Notes: generated by a model not told the origin, from the sequence alone. A stretch of DNA of 64,000 bases from Longimicrobiales bacterium (GCA_965219445.1 CBDCNQ010000004.1:352001-416000); one strand, 5' to 3'; shown: positions 1 through 9,918, numbered from the stretch's first letter. Numbers and translations are program-made.

Positions 1-295
1 CCACGGAGAGAGCTACCACCCGCATGGCGTTACCGGTAGCGGCCATCAGGGCGATTCCAAGAGGCAAGAAGAGAAGTAGATTGAGAATCCCGTCGGCGCC
101 GCCCCTCTCACCGCAGATGAGGCAGAAGATCGACGGGAGGTCCCTCGGCGAGCCCGTGATCGCCGAGCCGGGCATCAGTGTCAGAAGAAGGATCGGCCCG
201 ACCCAGCCCAAGGCGAAGAGCTTGCCCCACCTCGGGGACGGGAGGCTAGGAAGCTCCTTTCGCCTTGACGAGGTTCGACTCGACAGTCTATTCAC
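1..295 (-). CDS. VanZ-family membrane protein (partial; runs off the window start)
   Basis: Manual translation from GTG at 295: ...LLLTLMPG...FCLICGERGGADGILNLLLFLPLGIAL... matches the VanZ NxxLFxPLG motif; abuts the stop of the upstream gene. Not in the ORF track. Confidence 0.7.
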   Translation of the reverse strand, partial: MNRLSSRTSSRRKELPSLPSPRWGKLFALGWVGPILLLTLMPGSAITGSPRDLPSIFCLICGERGGADGILNLLLFLPLGIALMAATGNAMRVVALSV

Positions 296-2008
296 CTAAG
301 TCTGCGCGTGCTCGGGGACCGGAAGCGTCGCCGCTGGCGGGGACGAGCTGACCTTGGCAAGCTCCCGCCGGGTTCTCTTGGCGTTCCACCCGAGCTCACT
401 GCGCATCAGGTAGGCAGCCTCCTCGAGGGCGGGCCCGGGGAGCTTTCCTAGTCCAAGGTCCGTTCTGCGGTGGACGAGATCCTCCAGGCTCTGGGCCATC
501 TCCATCCGGACCGCATGCACGACCTCGGCCCCGAGAACCCACGTCCCGGGCAAGGAAGCCCCAAGGCTCGGGTCCTTGTGAACGAGATCGAAGACCTCCC
601 CATATCGGGTGCCATGGTCGTGGGCCAGGGCTCGTGCCTGGTCCCTCGTGAACCCCCAGGTCCGAGCGGCGTCGTGAACCTCTTCCACCAAGTTCTCGAG
701 CGAACCGAGGTCACCCCCGTACACCGGTACTGCCAAGGTACGGGAGGGCGGTGCGTTCGTCCCGATTCTTTGGAACACATGATCCACGACGCTGAGAGCG
801 TTAAGGCGGGCGGACCCCCATGTCACTCCCACCAAGGAAATAATTCCACGGGTTCCATGGACCTTGGAGTGATCGACAAGGCGTGCCTGAGTGGCGTCTC
901 GCATACTCCGTGTTCCGCCCTTGTAGCGCTCGAGAAGCCCGAGCGCGGCGTTCCGCTGTACGACTTCACTCGGATGGAGACGCAGACCCGGATATCCCTC
1001 GTTAATGTCCGCGATGTAGGTCTCGACCTCCTCGTCGGTGACGTCGATCTCGTCCGGTGCACCAGCGTAAGCCCCGTGCCAATCTCCCAGGACCGTGTGA
1101 TCTCGCCAGGGTAGGACGAAGAGGTGGTGCTTGCTCCGACTGAGTGGCGTCCGTGAGTCGCGACTCTCGTCGAGCAGGGCCAGCCCGATCCTGTGGGTTG
1201 GGCGCCGATTCACTACGAACGAGAGCCGGCGTGAGAAGGAGAGAGGGGGATCGAGCGTGAGTCCTAAACCCTCCTCCAGGATGCGTGCCGCCCATGCCCC
1301 AGCCGTGTTCACCACCATTCGGCCCTGAATCACGAACGAGTCGGCACTCTGCGTGGCGCGAACCCCGACTCCGGTAACGGTGACGCCTTTTCGGACCACT
1401 CCCGTGGCTTCCAACCCATTTGCGGCCTGAGCGCCGGCGTCCACCGCTGAGCGTAGCAGGGCCAGCGCGAGGCGGGCTGAGTTGTGCATCTGGGCATCCG
1501 TGAAGATGGCGGCCCCCGTTAGGCCGGCCCCAGTCAAACCGGGAAACATCTCCAGAACCGCCTTGCGGCTCAGGGTTCTCGAGGGTGGAAGACGATGGGA
1601 TGGCTCGGTTATCCCATCGTTACGGTGGGTCGTCAAGAAATCATAGAGACCGAAACCGGCATGTAGAGCGGACTTTCCGTCCCGGCCTTGGCCGTAGGTG
1701 GGAACCGCGATAGGTACGGGAAACACGAGATGAGGAGCGTTCCTGAGGAGTGCGTTGCGCTCTGCCGACAGTGCCCGAAGTCGACCGAGATCGAGTCGCT
1801 GAAGGCAGCGCATTCCACCATGAATTAGACCCAAGGTGTGGCCACTACTGCCAGAGGCGAAGTCACCTTTTTCTACCAAGGCCACCGCGAGGCCCCGAAG
1901 CGCGGCGTCCCGTGCCACTGAGATTCCTGCAATGCCGCCCCCCACCACGATCAAATCGAACGTATGGGACGCCAACGCTTCAAGATCTCTCCTCACCTTA
2001 CTCCTCAA
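296..2008 (-). CDS. FAD-dependent glycerol-3-phosphate dehydrogenase/oxidase family protein (GlpD-like)
   Basis: DLIVVGGGIAG Rossmann motif, VEKGDFASG, LIHGG, VVNTAGAW, C-terminal EMA..LEDL..RRT. Confidence 0.85.
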   Translation of the reverse strand: MRSKVRRDLEALASHTFDLIVVGGGIAGISVARDAALRGLAVALVEKGDFASGSSGHTLGLIHGGMRCLQRLDLGRLRALSAERNALLRNAPHLVFPVPIAVPTYGQGRDGKSALHAGFGLYDFLTTHRNDGITEPSHRLPPSRTLSRKAVLEMFPGLTGAGLTGAAIFTDAQMHNSARLALALLRSAVDAGAQAANGLEATGVVRKGVTVTGVGVRATQSADSFVIQGRMVVNTAGAWAARILEEGLGLTLDPPLSFSRRLSFVVNRRPTHRIGLALLDESRDSRTPLSRSKHHLFVLPWRDHTVLGDWHGAYAGAPDEIDVTDEEVETYIADINEGYPGLRLHPSEVVQRNAALGLLERYKGGTRSMRDATQARLVDHSKVHGTRGIISLVGVTWGSARLNALSVVDHVFQRIGTNAPPSRTLAVPVYGGDLGSLENLVEEVHDAARTWGFTRDQARALAHDHGTRYGEVFDLVHKDPSLGASLPGTWVLGAEVVHAVRMEMAQSLEDLVHRRTDLGLGKLPGPALEEAAYLMRSELGWNAKRTRRELAKVSSSPPAATLPVPEHAQT

Positions 2009-2041
2009 GCGGCCTTGCAGCCTGTTTTGCCTTGGCTTCCG

Positions 2042-2143
2042 TCACCGGACCATCACCACGAGGGCCATGGCAACCATCGAGGTGAACTCCAACGCCAACA
2101 CGAATGCCAGCCCGACGTGTTCTCTTGCGAAGTCCGTGTACAT
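2042..2143 (-). CDS. putative small membrane peptide (33 aa)
   Basis: ATG at 2143 preceded by GGGAGAG; single hydrophobic stretch VGLAFVLALEFTSMVAMALVVMV. Confidence 0.35.
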   Translation of the reverse strand: MYTDFAREHVGLAFVLALEFTSMVAMALVVMVR

Positions 2144-2419
2144 TTTCGCTCTCCCGGTTGGGTGATTCATCCCCAGCCACGGTTTTGACCCCACCTGGGC
2201 GGGTTCCACACGTATTGCGACCATCGAACACCGTGCCCGTGAATTCTGCTTTCGTATCTCGATTTGAGACTACGAAGCACTTCAGAAACGTGGCACGGGC
2301 AAGATGCGGACCGCGTTGCCGGCCTGATCTTTGCTCCCCAAGTGTTTCCCGGACGCAGCAAACACACGGCAACTGTTGCAGGGAAACGACATAACGCTTG
2401 TGAACTCGTGAAGGGGCAG

Positions 2420-2435
2420 CGGCATGGCCCTTGCT
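2420..2435 (+). promoter_or_regulatory. sigma-54 (-24/-12) promoter for the carbamoyltransferase operon
   Basis: CGGCATGGCCCTTGCT fits YGGCAYG-N4-TTGCW with GG-N10-GC spacing, 45 bp before the ATG at 2480. Confidence 0.65.
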
Positions 2436-2479
2436 CTTCGGTGAATTCGCAGGTTTCGTAACGAAATGAGGACCGACGG

Positions 2480-4294
2480 ATGCTCGTGCTTGGTTTGGGG
2501 GATTACATTGACTGTGGAAGCGCCCTGCTCGACAACGGGAGGGTGGTGGCCGCGATCAATGACGAGAGGCTCGTGCGCAAGCCCTCCGTCCTCGGGATTC
2601 CTAGAGAGTCCATCCGGGAGGTTCTGGCGCTCGCCGGGGTCCGACCCGATGCGGTCCAAGCGGTAGCCGTGGGCACCATCAACAGGCGCCTGGTCGCAGG
2701 TTATACGGAGTTCTTGGGTGGATGGTTCGGGTCGAATGGGAAGCGGCTCGATCAGCGTGTCGTCGATGCGGTAACCCAGGTGAGTCATCGACGAGCGACA
2801 CGTACCTGGAGCCAGGCGGTCACATCGCTTCGGGGCATTCCTACCTTCAAGCACCGCCGCAATAAGCTGCGGCGCGTGCTGCGGAGGGAGTTTGGAATCA
2901 GGGCTCCGGTCCGCTTCGTCGACCACCACTACTGTCATGCGACCTCGGCGTACTTTACGAGCGACTTCGGGCCCGATGCGACCGTCTTCACCATCGACCA
3001 CGGCGCTGACGATGTGTCAGCGAAAGTGTTCGAGGTCACCGAGGGTCGGATGACGGAGATCAAGGCCGTGTCCAGTTTCGACTCACTCGGGGCGTTCTAT
3101 ACGTGCATCGCTGAACTCTGCGGCTTCGACCCGGGAAGGGATGAGCAGCAGGTCAGCGGGCTTTCGGCCCACGGACAACCGGCACATGTGGACCTTCTCG
3201 ACTCGCTGATCACTTTTGAGGACTCCGGATTCGTCAACAGACGTGGCATCCCCTTCGAGGCGGTGGTCGAGACGATTCGACGCGCCCTCCCGGAGGGATG
3301 GGAGAGAGCGGACCTGGCGGCCAGCCTCCAGGCGCACACTGAGCGACTGGTCGGGGAGTTCGTTCGGTTTTGGGTGGAGCAGACAGGACACCGAGACGTG
3401 GCCTTGGGGGGTGGAATCTTCGAAAACGCTCGACTCAACCAGAGGGTCCACGAGATCGACGAGGTGGAGCGTTGCTTCGTGCAACCTGGCATGTCGGATT
3501 CGGGCGTAGGGATCGGTGCGGCGTTGGCCGTCACCTACGAGCGTGTCCCGCGTCCGGCGGCCAATACTCGGGCCTTCGAGAGTGTGTACCTGGGGCGGGA
3601 GCATGGTGCGGAAGAGATGGAAACCGAGCTCGAACGGGCGGGGCTTCAGGTTGAGCGCCCGGAGGATCTGGAATCGGAGGTGGCGTGCCTGCTTTCGCAG
3701 GGAGCGCTGGTATCACGCTTCAGTGGCCGCATGGAGTGTGGGCCCCGCGCGCTGGGAAACCGGGTGGTGCTCTTTGAGCCCACAGATTCCTCGGTGAGCG
3801 AGGATCTGAATCGGCGGCTGGGCCGAAGCGGGTTCTCACCTTTCGGGCCCGTGGTGCTCGAGGAATACGCGAGTAAATGCTTCAACGGCCTCGAGGGGGC
3901 GGAACGGGCCGCACGTTTCATGACCATGACGTTTACGTGCACTCATTGGATGCGGGGGCACCTCCCTGGGGTCGTCCGCATCGACGGGACCGCTCGCCCC
4001 CAGATCGTTCGTCGGCAGGACAACCCCGGGTTGCACCGAATTCTCGAGGAGTACCACCGGCTTACAGGACTGCCAGCTCTCCTGAGCACCAGCTTCAACT
4101 TCCAAAGAGAGCCCACCGTCTGTACACCCGCTGACGCCGTTCGCCTGTTCGGCTTGGGTCACCTCGACTACTTGGCTCTGGGGCCCTTCCTGGTGGCGAA
4201 CCGGACATCGATCACGCTCCAGAGTCCCTCAGTCGGCTTCCCGAAGATGTCGGCGGGGGGGATGCCCGCATCGGCAGATTCCCACCCTGGGTAG
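2480..4294 (+). CDS. carbamoyltransferase (NodU/CmcH family)
   Basis: DERL, HHYCHATSAY, SLGAFY, GRMECGPRALGNR, DGTARPQ, STSFN motifs. Confidence 0.85.
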   Translation: MLVLGLGDYIDCGSALLDNGRVVAAINDERLVRKPSVLGIPRESIREVLALAGVRPDAVQAVAVGTINRRLVAGYTEFLGGWFGSNGKRLDQRVVDAVTQVSHRRATRTWSQAVTSLRGIPTFKHRRNKLRRVLRREFGIRAPVRFVDHHYCHATSAYFTSDFGPDATVFTIDHGADDVSAKVFEVTEGRMTEIKAVSSFDSLGAFYTCIAELCGFDPGRDEQQVSGLSAHGQPAHVDLLDSLITFEDSGFVNRRGIPFEAVVETIRRALPEGWERADLAASLQAHTERLVGEFVRFWVEQTGHRDVALGGGIFENARLNQRVHEIDEVERCFVQPGMSDSGVGIGAALAVTYERVPRPAANTRAFESVYLGREHGAEEMETELERAGLQVERPEDLESEVACLLSQGALVSRFSGRMECGPRALGNRVVLFEPTDSSVSEDLNRRLGRSGFSPFGPVVLEEYASKCFNGLEGAERAARFMTMTFTCTHWMRGHLPGVVRIDGTARPQIVRRQDNPGLHRILEEYHRLTGLPALLSTSFNFQREPTVCTPADAVRLFGLGHLDYLALGPFLVANRTSITLQSPSVGFPKMSAGGMPASADSHPG

Positions 4295-4322
4295 GCCTCA
4301 TGAGCATCGGAACGCGCAGGCG

Positions 4323-5180
4323 ATGGTAGCCCACCACTTCACGGTCGACGTCGAGGAGTACTTCCATTCCTCTGTCCTCGATCGGCTGATCCCGGAAGCG
4401 AGATGGGCAGAGCTGAATCGGCGGGCCCCCCTTTTGGTGCGGCGTCTACTGGACCGGATGGACGCCTTTGGTGTTCGCGGGACTTTCTTCATGCTCGGCT
4501 GGCTAGCTGGGTACGAGCCAGACCTGGTCAAGGAGATCGCCAAGCGGGGCCACGAAGTTGCCTCGCACGGTTGGGATCACAAGCGAATCACTCATCAAAG
4601 CCGGCAGTCGTTTCGGGACTCGGTCCGCCGCACGAAACACCTGCTCGAAGACCTGGTGGGACAAGACGTGCTCGGTTTTCGCGCACCCAGCTTCTCCATC
4701 GTACCCGGAACGGAATGGGCCCTCGACGTTCTGCTCGAGGAGGGTCATCGCTACGATTCGAGCCTGTTTCCAATCAAGCAGCACCCCAACTACGGGTACC
4801 CAGAGGGGGAGCGGGATCCGTACTGGATCACACGTCCGGCCGGCCGCATCGCTGAGATCCCTCCTGCGACGTTGCGACTCGCCGGAACGAATCTGCCCGC
4901 CGCGGGGGGTGCCTACTTTCGGCTGCTCCCGTACCCTTTGATTCGCGGTGCGCTACGCAGCGCACAGGACCGTAGGGTGCCGGGGACCTTCTTCATCCAC
5001 CCGTGGGAGCTCGATCAAGAGCTCCCCGCGCATGTCGTGCTTCCGCCACTGGTGCGGCTGCGCCTCTTCGGAGGGAGGGGTAAGGCTTGGTCCCGCCTCG
5101 ATCGGCTGCTCAGCGAGTTTCGCTTTGGTCCGATCTCGCATACGCTCGCCGCCATGGAATCCCAGGTGCTGGCCGGGTGA
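4323..5180 (+). CDS. polysaccharide deacetylase, XrtA/PEP-CTERM-locus type (DUF3473)
   Basis: FTVDVEEYF, HEVASHG, GFRAPSFSI, AGGAYFR, HPWELD. Confidence 0.9.
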   Translation: MVAHHFTVDVEEYFHSSVLDRLIPEARWAELNRRAPLLVRRLLDRMDAFGVRGTFFMLGWLAGYEPDLVKEIAKRGHEVASHGWDHKRITHQSRQSFRDSVRRTKHLLEDLVGQDVLGFRAPSFSIVPGTEWALDVLLEEGHRYDSSLFPIKQHPNYGYPEGERDPYWITRPAGRIAEIPPATLRLAGTNLPAAGGAYFRLLPYPLIRGALRSAQDRRVPGTFFIHPWELDQELPAHVVLPPLVRLRLFGGRGKAWSRLDRLLSEFRFGPISHTLAAMESQVLAG

Positions 5181-5203
5181 GGCAGGTGGCGGTGGAGGCG
5201 ACC

Positions 5204-6229
5204 ATGCAGATCACCACTGAGGCCAGTGCGCCCGAGGATTGGGGCGGGATTCTGGATGGAGCCGAAGGAGCCACCTTTTGCCACCTCCCAGGTTGGCGGA
5301 GGATCATGGAAGAGATCATGGGCCACCAGTATCTTTTCTTGTCGGCTCGGTCGAATGCGGGGGAGCTGCTAGGCGGTCTGCCTCTGGTGCGTATGCGCAG
5401 CTCGATCTTCGGCCATCATCTGATGTCCCTTCCGTTCTTGAACTACGGTGGCCCATTGGGATCGAATACCGTGCGGACGGCGCTCGCCGAAGTCGCGCAA
5501 CAGTTGGCGCTTGACTCCGGTGCGGACCGTCTCGTGCTCCGTAATCGGACCCCCCTTTCCGTCGGTCTCGATCAAGGCCGAGACAAGGTCATGGTAAGGA
5601 TGGAACTGGGAGATGATGCGGAGTCTCTTTGGAAGAAGGGATTCTCCACCAAACTTCGAAACAAGATCCGAAGGCCCCAAAGGGATGGGATGACCTGTCG
5701 ATTCGGGCCGAGTGAACGCCAGGCCTACTACGAGGTTTTCGCCGAGAACATGCGTGACCTAGGAACGCCGGTCCATTCCCGTCGCCTGTTTGATGGGCTG
5801 GTCGAGGTCTTCCCGGAGGAAGTGATCTTCGGCGTGGTCTACCTCGGCGACGAACCGGTGGCAGGAGGCTGCGGGTTCTTGTGGGGCGGAGAGTTCGAGA
5901 TGACGTGGGCCTCGGCCCTGAAAAAATACAACCGCACGAGGCCTAACATGCTCCTGTATTGGTCTTTCATGGAGGAGGCGATAGGGAGAGGAGCGGCCAT
6001 TTTCAACTTCGGGCGGTGCACTCCGGGTGGAGGGACGCACGTGTTCAAGCGCCAATGGGGTGGAGAGGACACTCCCCTGCCTTGGCTGGAGTGGCACCGG
6101 CATGGCTCGGGCGGACCATCGGCCGACTCGTGGGCGTACGGGACCGCCATACGTCTATGGAAGCACCTCCCACTTCCACTCGCGAATCGCGTCGGGCCGG
6201 TTTTGTCCCGGCGTATTCCTACCTTCTAG
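5204..6229 (+). CDS. FemAB-related protein, XrtA/PEP-CTERM-system type
   Basis: SLPFLNYGG, MRDLGTPV, PNMLLYW, FNFGR, FKRQWG; ATG at 5204 after GGAGG. Confidence 0.88.
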   Translation: MQITTEASAPEDWGGILDGAEGATFCHLPGWRRIMEEIMGHQYLFLSARSNAGELLGGLPLVRMRSSIFGHHLMSLPFLNYGGPLGSNTVRTALAEVAQQLALDSGADRLVLRNRTPLSVGLDQGRDKVMVRMELGDDAESLWKKGFSTKLRNKIRRPQRDGMTCRFGPSERQAYYEVFAENMRDLGTPVHSRRLFDGLVEVFPEEVIFGVVYLGDEPVAGGCGFLWGGEFEMTWASALKKYNRTRPNMLLYWSFMEEAIGRGAAIFNFGRCTPGGGTHVFKRQWGGEDTPLPWLEWHRHGSGGPSADSWAYGTAIRLWKHLPLPLANRVGPVLSRRIPTF

Positions 6230-7092
6230 CTTGTATTCCGTGGGGAGTCGGGGTGCTCGTGATCTACACGGTGTTCAATGTTGGCTATCTGGGGATGAAC
6301 GCGGTGGCAAACCCGGATAGGCGCCTTCAAACCGTGCGCGAATGGGTTGTGAGCAACACCGAGCCCTCGGACCGAATAGGCGCAGCGAGCTATTTTTCCG
6401 TGGATCTGGGGATCTCGACGCACGTCCAGGCAGGCCGGGCGCTCGTGCAGGCGGCCTGCCTGGCATCGCTGTACTGTCCGGACCTCATCGTCGAGAGAAT
6501 GGTCTTCGGTGAGTCTTATCGGTTGCTCTATCTGGACGGAGAGTTCCTGCACGCGGTGCGGCGGCGCGGCGCTCACGTCGTCGGCGATGGCGCCACCGAC
6601 ATTCGGGGGCTTTTAAAACAAGACGGCGTGTTTGGGCTCGAGCGGGACCGCAACTCGCTTCTCACGCTCCGTGCGCAGCGGCTCGAGCACGGATCCGTGC
6701 CGCTCGCCGGACGCGACGTGCTGGTACGCAGCCTTCCTGACGGTGTGCGCGGCACGCGGGAGCTTCGCACCGAGTACGACGAGGACGTGACCGAACTCAT
6801 CTGCGATTCGATCCGCCGCGAAGGCTCAAAGGTGGTGACGTCGATCGGAGTCCGTCTGGCTGGAGTGGATCTGATTCTTTGCGACCCGACCCTGCCCCTC
6901 GCCGAGGGTGGCGGAGTGTTCATCGAGGTCAACGGGACTCCTGGGATCCACCACCATTACATCGATGATGGGCGGGGCGTGCCCCTGGCCATCCCGGTGG
7001 TTGCACGAATGCTGGGATTGGAGTTCCCCGGGACGCCAATCCACTCCGACCGCCCTGTCCCGTGGGCATCATTGACCCCGAAGAGGAACTAG
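6230..7092 (+). pseudogene. truncated cyanophycin-synthetase-like ATP-grasp C-terminal region, preceded by a membrane-protein remnant
   Basis: IVERMVFGESYRLLYLDG, RRRGAHVVGDG, AGVDLI, IEVNGTPG; no N-terminal ATP-grasp region or convincing start after the FemAB stop. Confidence 0.6.
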
Positions 7093-7093
7093 C

Positions 7094-7930
7094 ATGACCC
7101 CCCAGGACGATTCCGCCCCCACGGGCGAGCATCGCCCCGCAGACTATCTCCGGTCCATCGGTGTGCCCGATATCCCCCCCCGCCTCAGTGCGTTCGATCC
7201 GGGCGACGACCTGTTCACTCTCACGGGACACCTGGAGCAAAGCCGGCATCTGATTTCGACCCTCAAGGTCTCGATGGCCTGCTGGATGATCGCCGAGGAG
7301 GGGACGACTCGGCGGAAGGTCGAGGTGGCGAAGAGCTTCGGCATTCGCACCGTGACCGGGGGCGGACCCTTCGAGGTCGCGGTGGCCCAGCGTGAGCTAC
7401 CGGCCTACCTGGACCTCTGCGCGGACATCGGGTTCGATTGCATCGAAGCGGGGGAGGGCTTCACCGAGATGGGCATGGCCCCTGGCGAGGTCCTGTCGAT
7501 GGCGCGAGAGCGCGGGCTCGAGGTACAGTTCGAACTAGGCGAAAAGCACTCCGGCGCTTTTACAGAGGAGGTGGTCCAGGAGCTCCTCGACCAGGGGCAG
7601 CGGTGGCTGGACGCTGGCGCCATCGAACTTGTAGTGGAGGGCCGCGAGAGTGCCAAAGGCGTTGGACTCTTCGATAACGACGGCAACCTCAACGCGGGCT
7701 TCGCTGACCTCTTCGCGGCCAAGTTCGGCATGGAGCATCTCCTCTTCGAGGCCCCGAACAAGTCGAGCCAGTTTGCACTCCTGGATCATTTCGGGCGCGA
7801 GGTCCATCTGTGCAACGTGCGGCTGGAGGAGATCCTGCGTGTCGAGATCTATCGCCGCGGCTTGCACTCCGACGCTTTCCGTCGTGAGAATCTTCGTCCG
7901 AGGAAGGGGGCCGAGGGGCGGCCAGCCTGA
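7094..7930 (+). CDS. comA: phosphosulfolactate synthase
   Basis: GGGPFEVA, YL..C..IGF..IE, ELGEK, VVEGRES, FEAP motifs of the ComA TIM barrel. Confidence 0.85.
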   Translation: MTPQDDSAPTGEHRPADYLRSIGVPDIPPRLSAFDPGDDLFTLTGHLEQSRHLISTLKVSMACWMIAEEGTTRRKVEVAKSFGIRTVTGGGPFEVAVAQRELPAYLDLCADIGFDCIEAGEGFTEMGMAPGEVLSMARERGLEVQFELGEKHSGAFTEEVVQELLDQGQRWLDAGAIELVVEGRESAKGVGLFDNDGNLNAGFADLFAAKFGMEHLLFEAPNKSSQFALLDHFGREVHLCNVRLEEILRVEIYRRGLHSDAFRRENLRPRKGAEGRPA

Positions 7931-7953
7931 CCTCCACGTGAGGAGTACCAGGA

Positions 7954-8670
7954 ATGTCGAAGACCGTCGTCATTGACTGCTTTCCGGAGAGCGCCCGCCA
8001 CTACTGCGAGGCCTACGCCATCGTGGCCATCGATGTGATCCGGGCCACGACCACGGCGATCACGGGCGTTCACCTCGGACGGCGCTGCTTCACGGTGCCG
8101 ACCATCGAGGCCGGCCTGCCTCTGGCAGCTCGCCTCTCCGATCCGCTCCTGGTGGGAGAGCTGGGGGGCAACATGCCTTACGGCTTTCACATGACGAACA
8201 GTCCCGCGCACATCGCCACGCGAGACTACGATATGATGCGGCCGATGATCCTGGTGTCGTCGGGGGGGACCCAACTGATCCACGGCGCCAGGAATGCGCC
8301 GGCGCTCTACCTCGCATGCCTTCGCAACTACAGCGCCACGGTCGACCACTTGGCCGAACGGCATCGGCGCATTGCCGTCCTCGGGGCGGGTACGCGCGGC
8401 GAGTTCCGCGAGGAAGATCAGATGTGCTGCGCTTGGGTCGCACGGGGGCTGATCGAACACGGCTACGCACCAGAGGACGAAAACACCCAAGAGATCGTCG
8501 AGCGTTGGCGCGACTCGCCCGTAGAGGCCTGCGCCGAGGGCAACAGTGCCGCTTACCTGCGAGACACCGGCCAGCTCGAGGATCTGGACTTCATCCTGCA
8601 GTACGTCGACGATCTAAACGCCGTATACATGGTCAAGCATGATGAGGTAGTCGAGATAACAACTACGTGA
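7954..8670 (+). CDS. comB: 2-phosphosulfolactate phosphatase
   Basis: IDVIRATTT, GELGG..PYGF..NSP, LRN, GEFREED; directly downstream of comA. Confidence 0.88.
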   Translation: MSKTVVIDCFPESARHYCEAYAIVAIDVIRATTTAITGVHLGRRCFTVPTIEAGLPLAARLSDPLLVGELGGNMPYGFHMTNSPAHIATRDYDMMRPMILVSSGGTQLIHGARNAPALYLACLRNYSATVDHLAERHRRIAVLGAGTRGEFREEDQMCCAWVARGLIEHGYAPEDENTQEIVERWRDSPVEACAEGNSAAYLRDTGQLEDLDFILQYVDDLNAVYMVKHDEVVEITTT

Positions 8671-8678
8671 TACCGCCC

Positions 8679-9810
8679 ATGAGAGTCCTTCACCTTCTGG
8701 CCCCGGCGCAAGTCGGAGGACTCGAGCGCGTCGTCCAGGGCCTTGCCGATGGGTTCTGCCGCCGGGGGCACTCGGTGACCGTTGGGGCGGTTGCTGCGGG
8801 GGACGACCCGTTGTCACCGTTCCTCGAGCCATTGATCAAAAGAGGAGTAAAAGTCCGCCGGATTCATGTGCCACACCGCGCTTACGTGCGAGAGCGTCGC
8901 CGAATGGCGGAAATATGCCGCCAAGTAAACCCGGACGTGCTGCATAACGCATGGATATCGGCCCGACCTCCTCGCCAGGGGTCCGGCAAAGAGGCAGGGG
9001 ATCGCGACCGTCACCACTGTACACGGCTTTACCGGAAACGGATGGAAGAACCGCTTCTACGAGGCTCTGCAAGTTCAGGCCTTCAAGAAATTTGACGCGG
9101 TTGTGGCCGTCTCAGAGCCCATCCGGAAAGGATTGGTCAAAGCCGGGGTCCTCAAGAGCCGAGCCTGGATGATCCGGAATGCCCCGGTTTGTTTGGAGGC
9201 ATCTTTGACCCGCACGGAGGCTCGACGGGCTCTTGGCCTCCCCGAGGAAGGGCCGATCGTAGGATGGGTGGGGCGCCTGAGCCCCGAGAAGGGCCCGGAT
9301 GTCCTACTTAGGGCCGTGACCCTGATTGGCCGGCCCCAGGTACGCCTCTCCTACCTCGGAGACGGTTCCTCACGGGTAGCTCTCGAGGCACAGGAAAGAG
9401 AGATAGTGGCCCACGGATCAGTGGATTATGATCGAGTTCGCTTCCACGGCAATGTCGCGAACGCGGGCCGCCTGCTAAAGGCTTTCGATGTCTTGGTATT
9501 GAGCTCCCGGAGCGAGGGTACACCTATGATCCTTTTCGAAGCCATGGATGCTGAGGTGCCGGTGGTCGCCACTCGGGTTGGCGGGGTGCCGGATGTGGTG
9601 ACCGAACAAGAGGCGATTCTGGTTCCATCGGAGGATGCTGAGGCGTTGGCCCACGGTATTCGGCAAGTGCTCCACAACCCCACGGACGCTAGTCAACGGG
9701 CGCAGGGAGCTCGACTTGTACTCCGACAGAAGTTCGCCCCAGAGCGTTGGCTGGATGCGTACGAGGACCTCTACCGTGCTGTAATGGCAGGTAGGAGAGG
9801 CCTTGGCTGA
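8679..9810 (+). pseudogene. glycosyltransferase family 4, frameshifted
   Basis: Removing one A at 8946-8947 restores PDVLHTHGYRPD...TVHGF and joins to the C-terminal part containing SSRSEGTPMILFEAM. Confidence 0.85.
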
Positions 9811-9891
9811 TCGTATGCCACCTCCAGATAGCGGATTGGCTCCACTCCCCTATGCGGAGGGATCGTCATGCGCAGAGTTCCCTAGGACCGC

Positions 9892-9918
9892 GCCTGGATG
9901 ATCCGGAATGCCCCGGTT
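9892..9918 (+). repeat. 27-bp exact copy of GT4 internal sequence 9163-9189
   Basis: GCCTGGATGATCCGGAATGCCCCGGTT at both positions. Confidence 0.9.

Noticed and set aside
7094..8670. Coenzyme M biosynthesis or methanogen-like metabolism
   Set aside because: No comC, comDE or CoM-dependent enzymes in the window; the context is polysaccharide synthesis.
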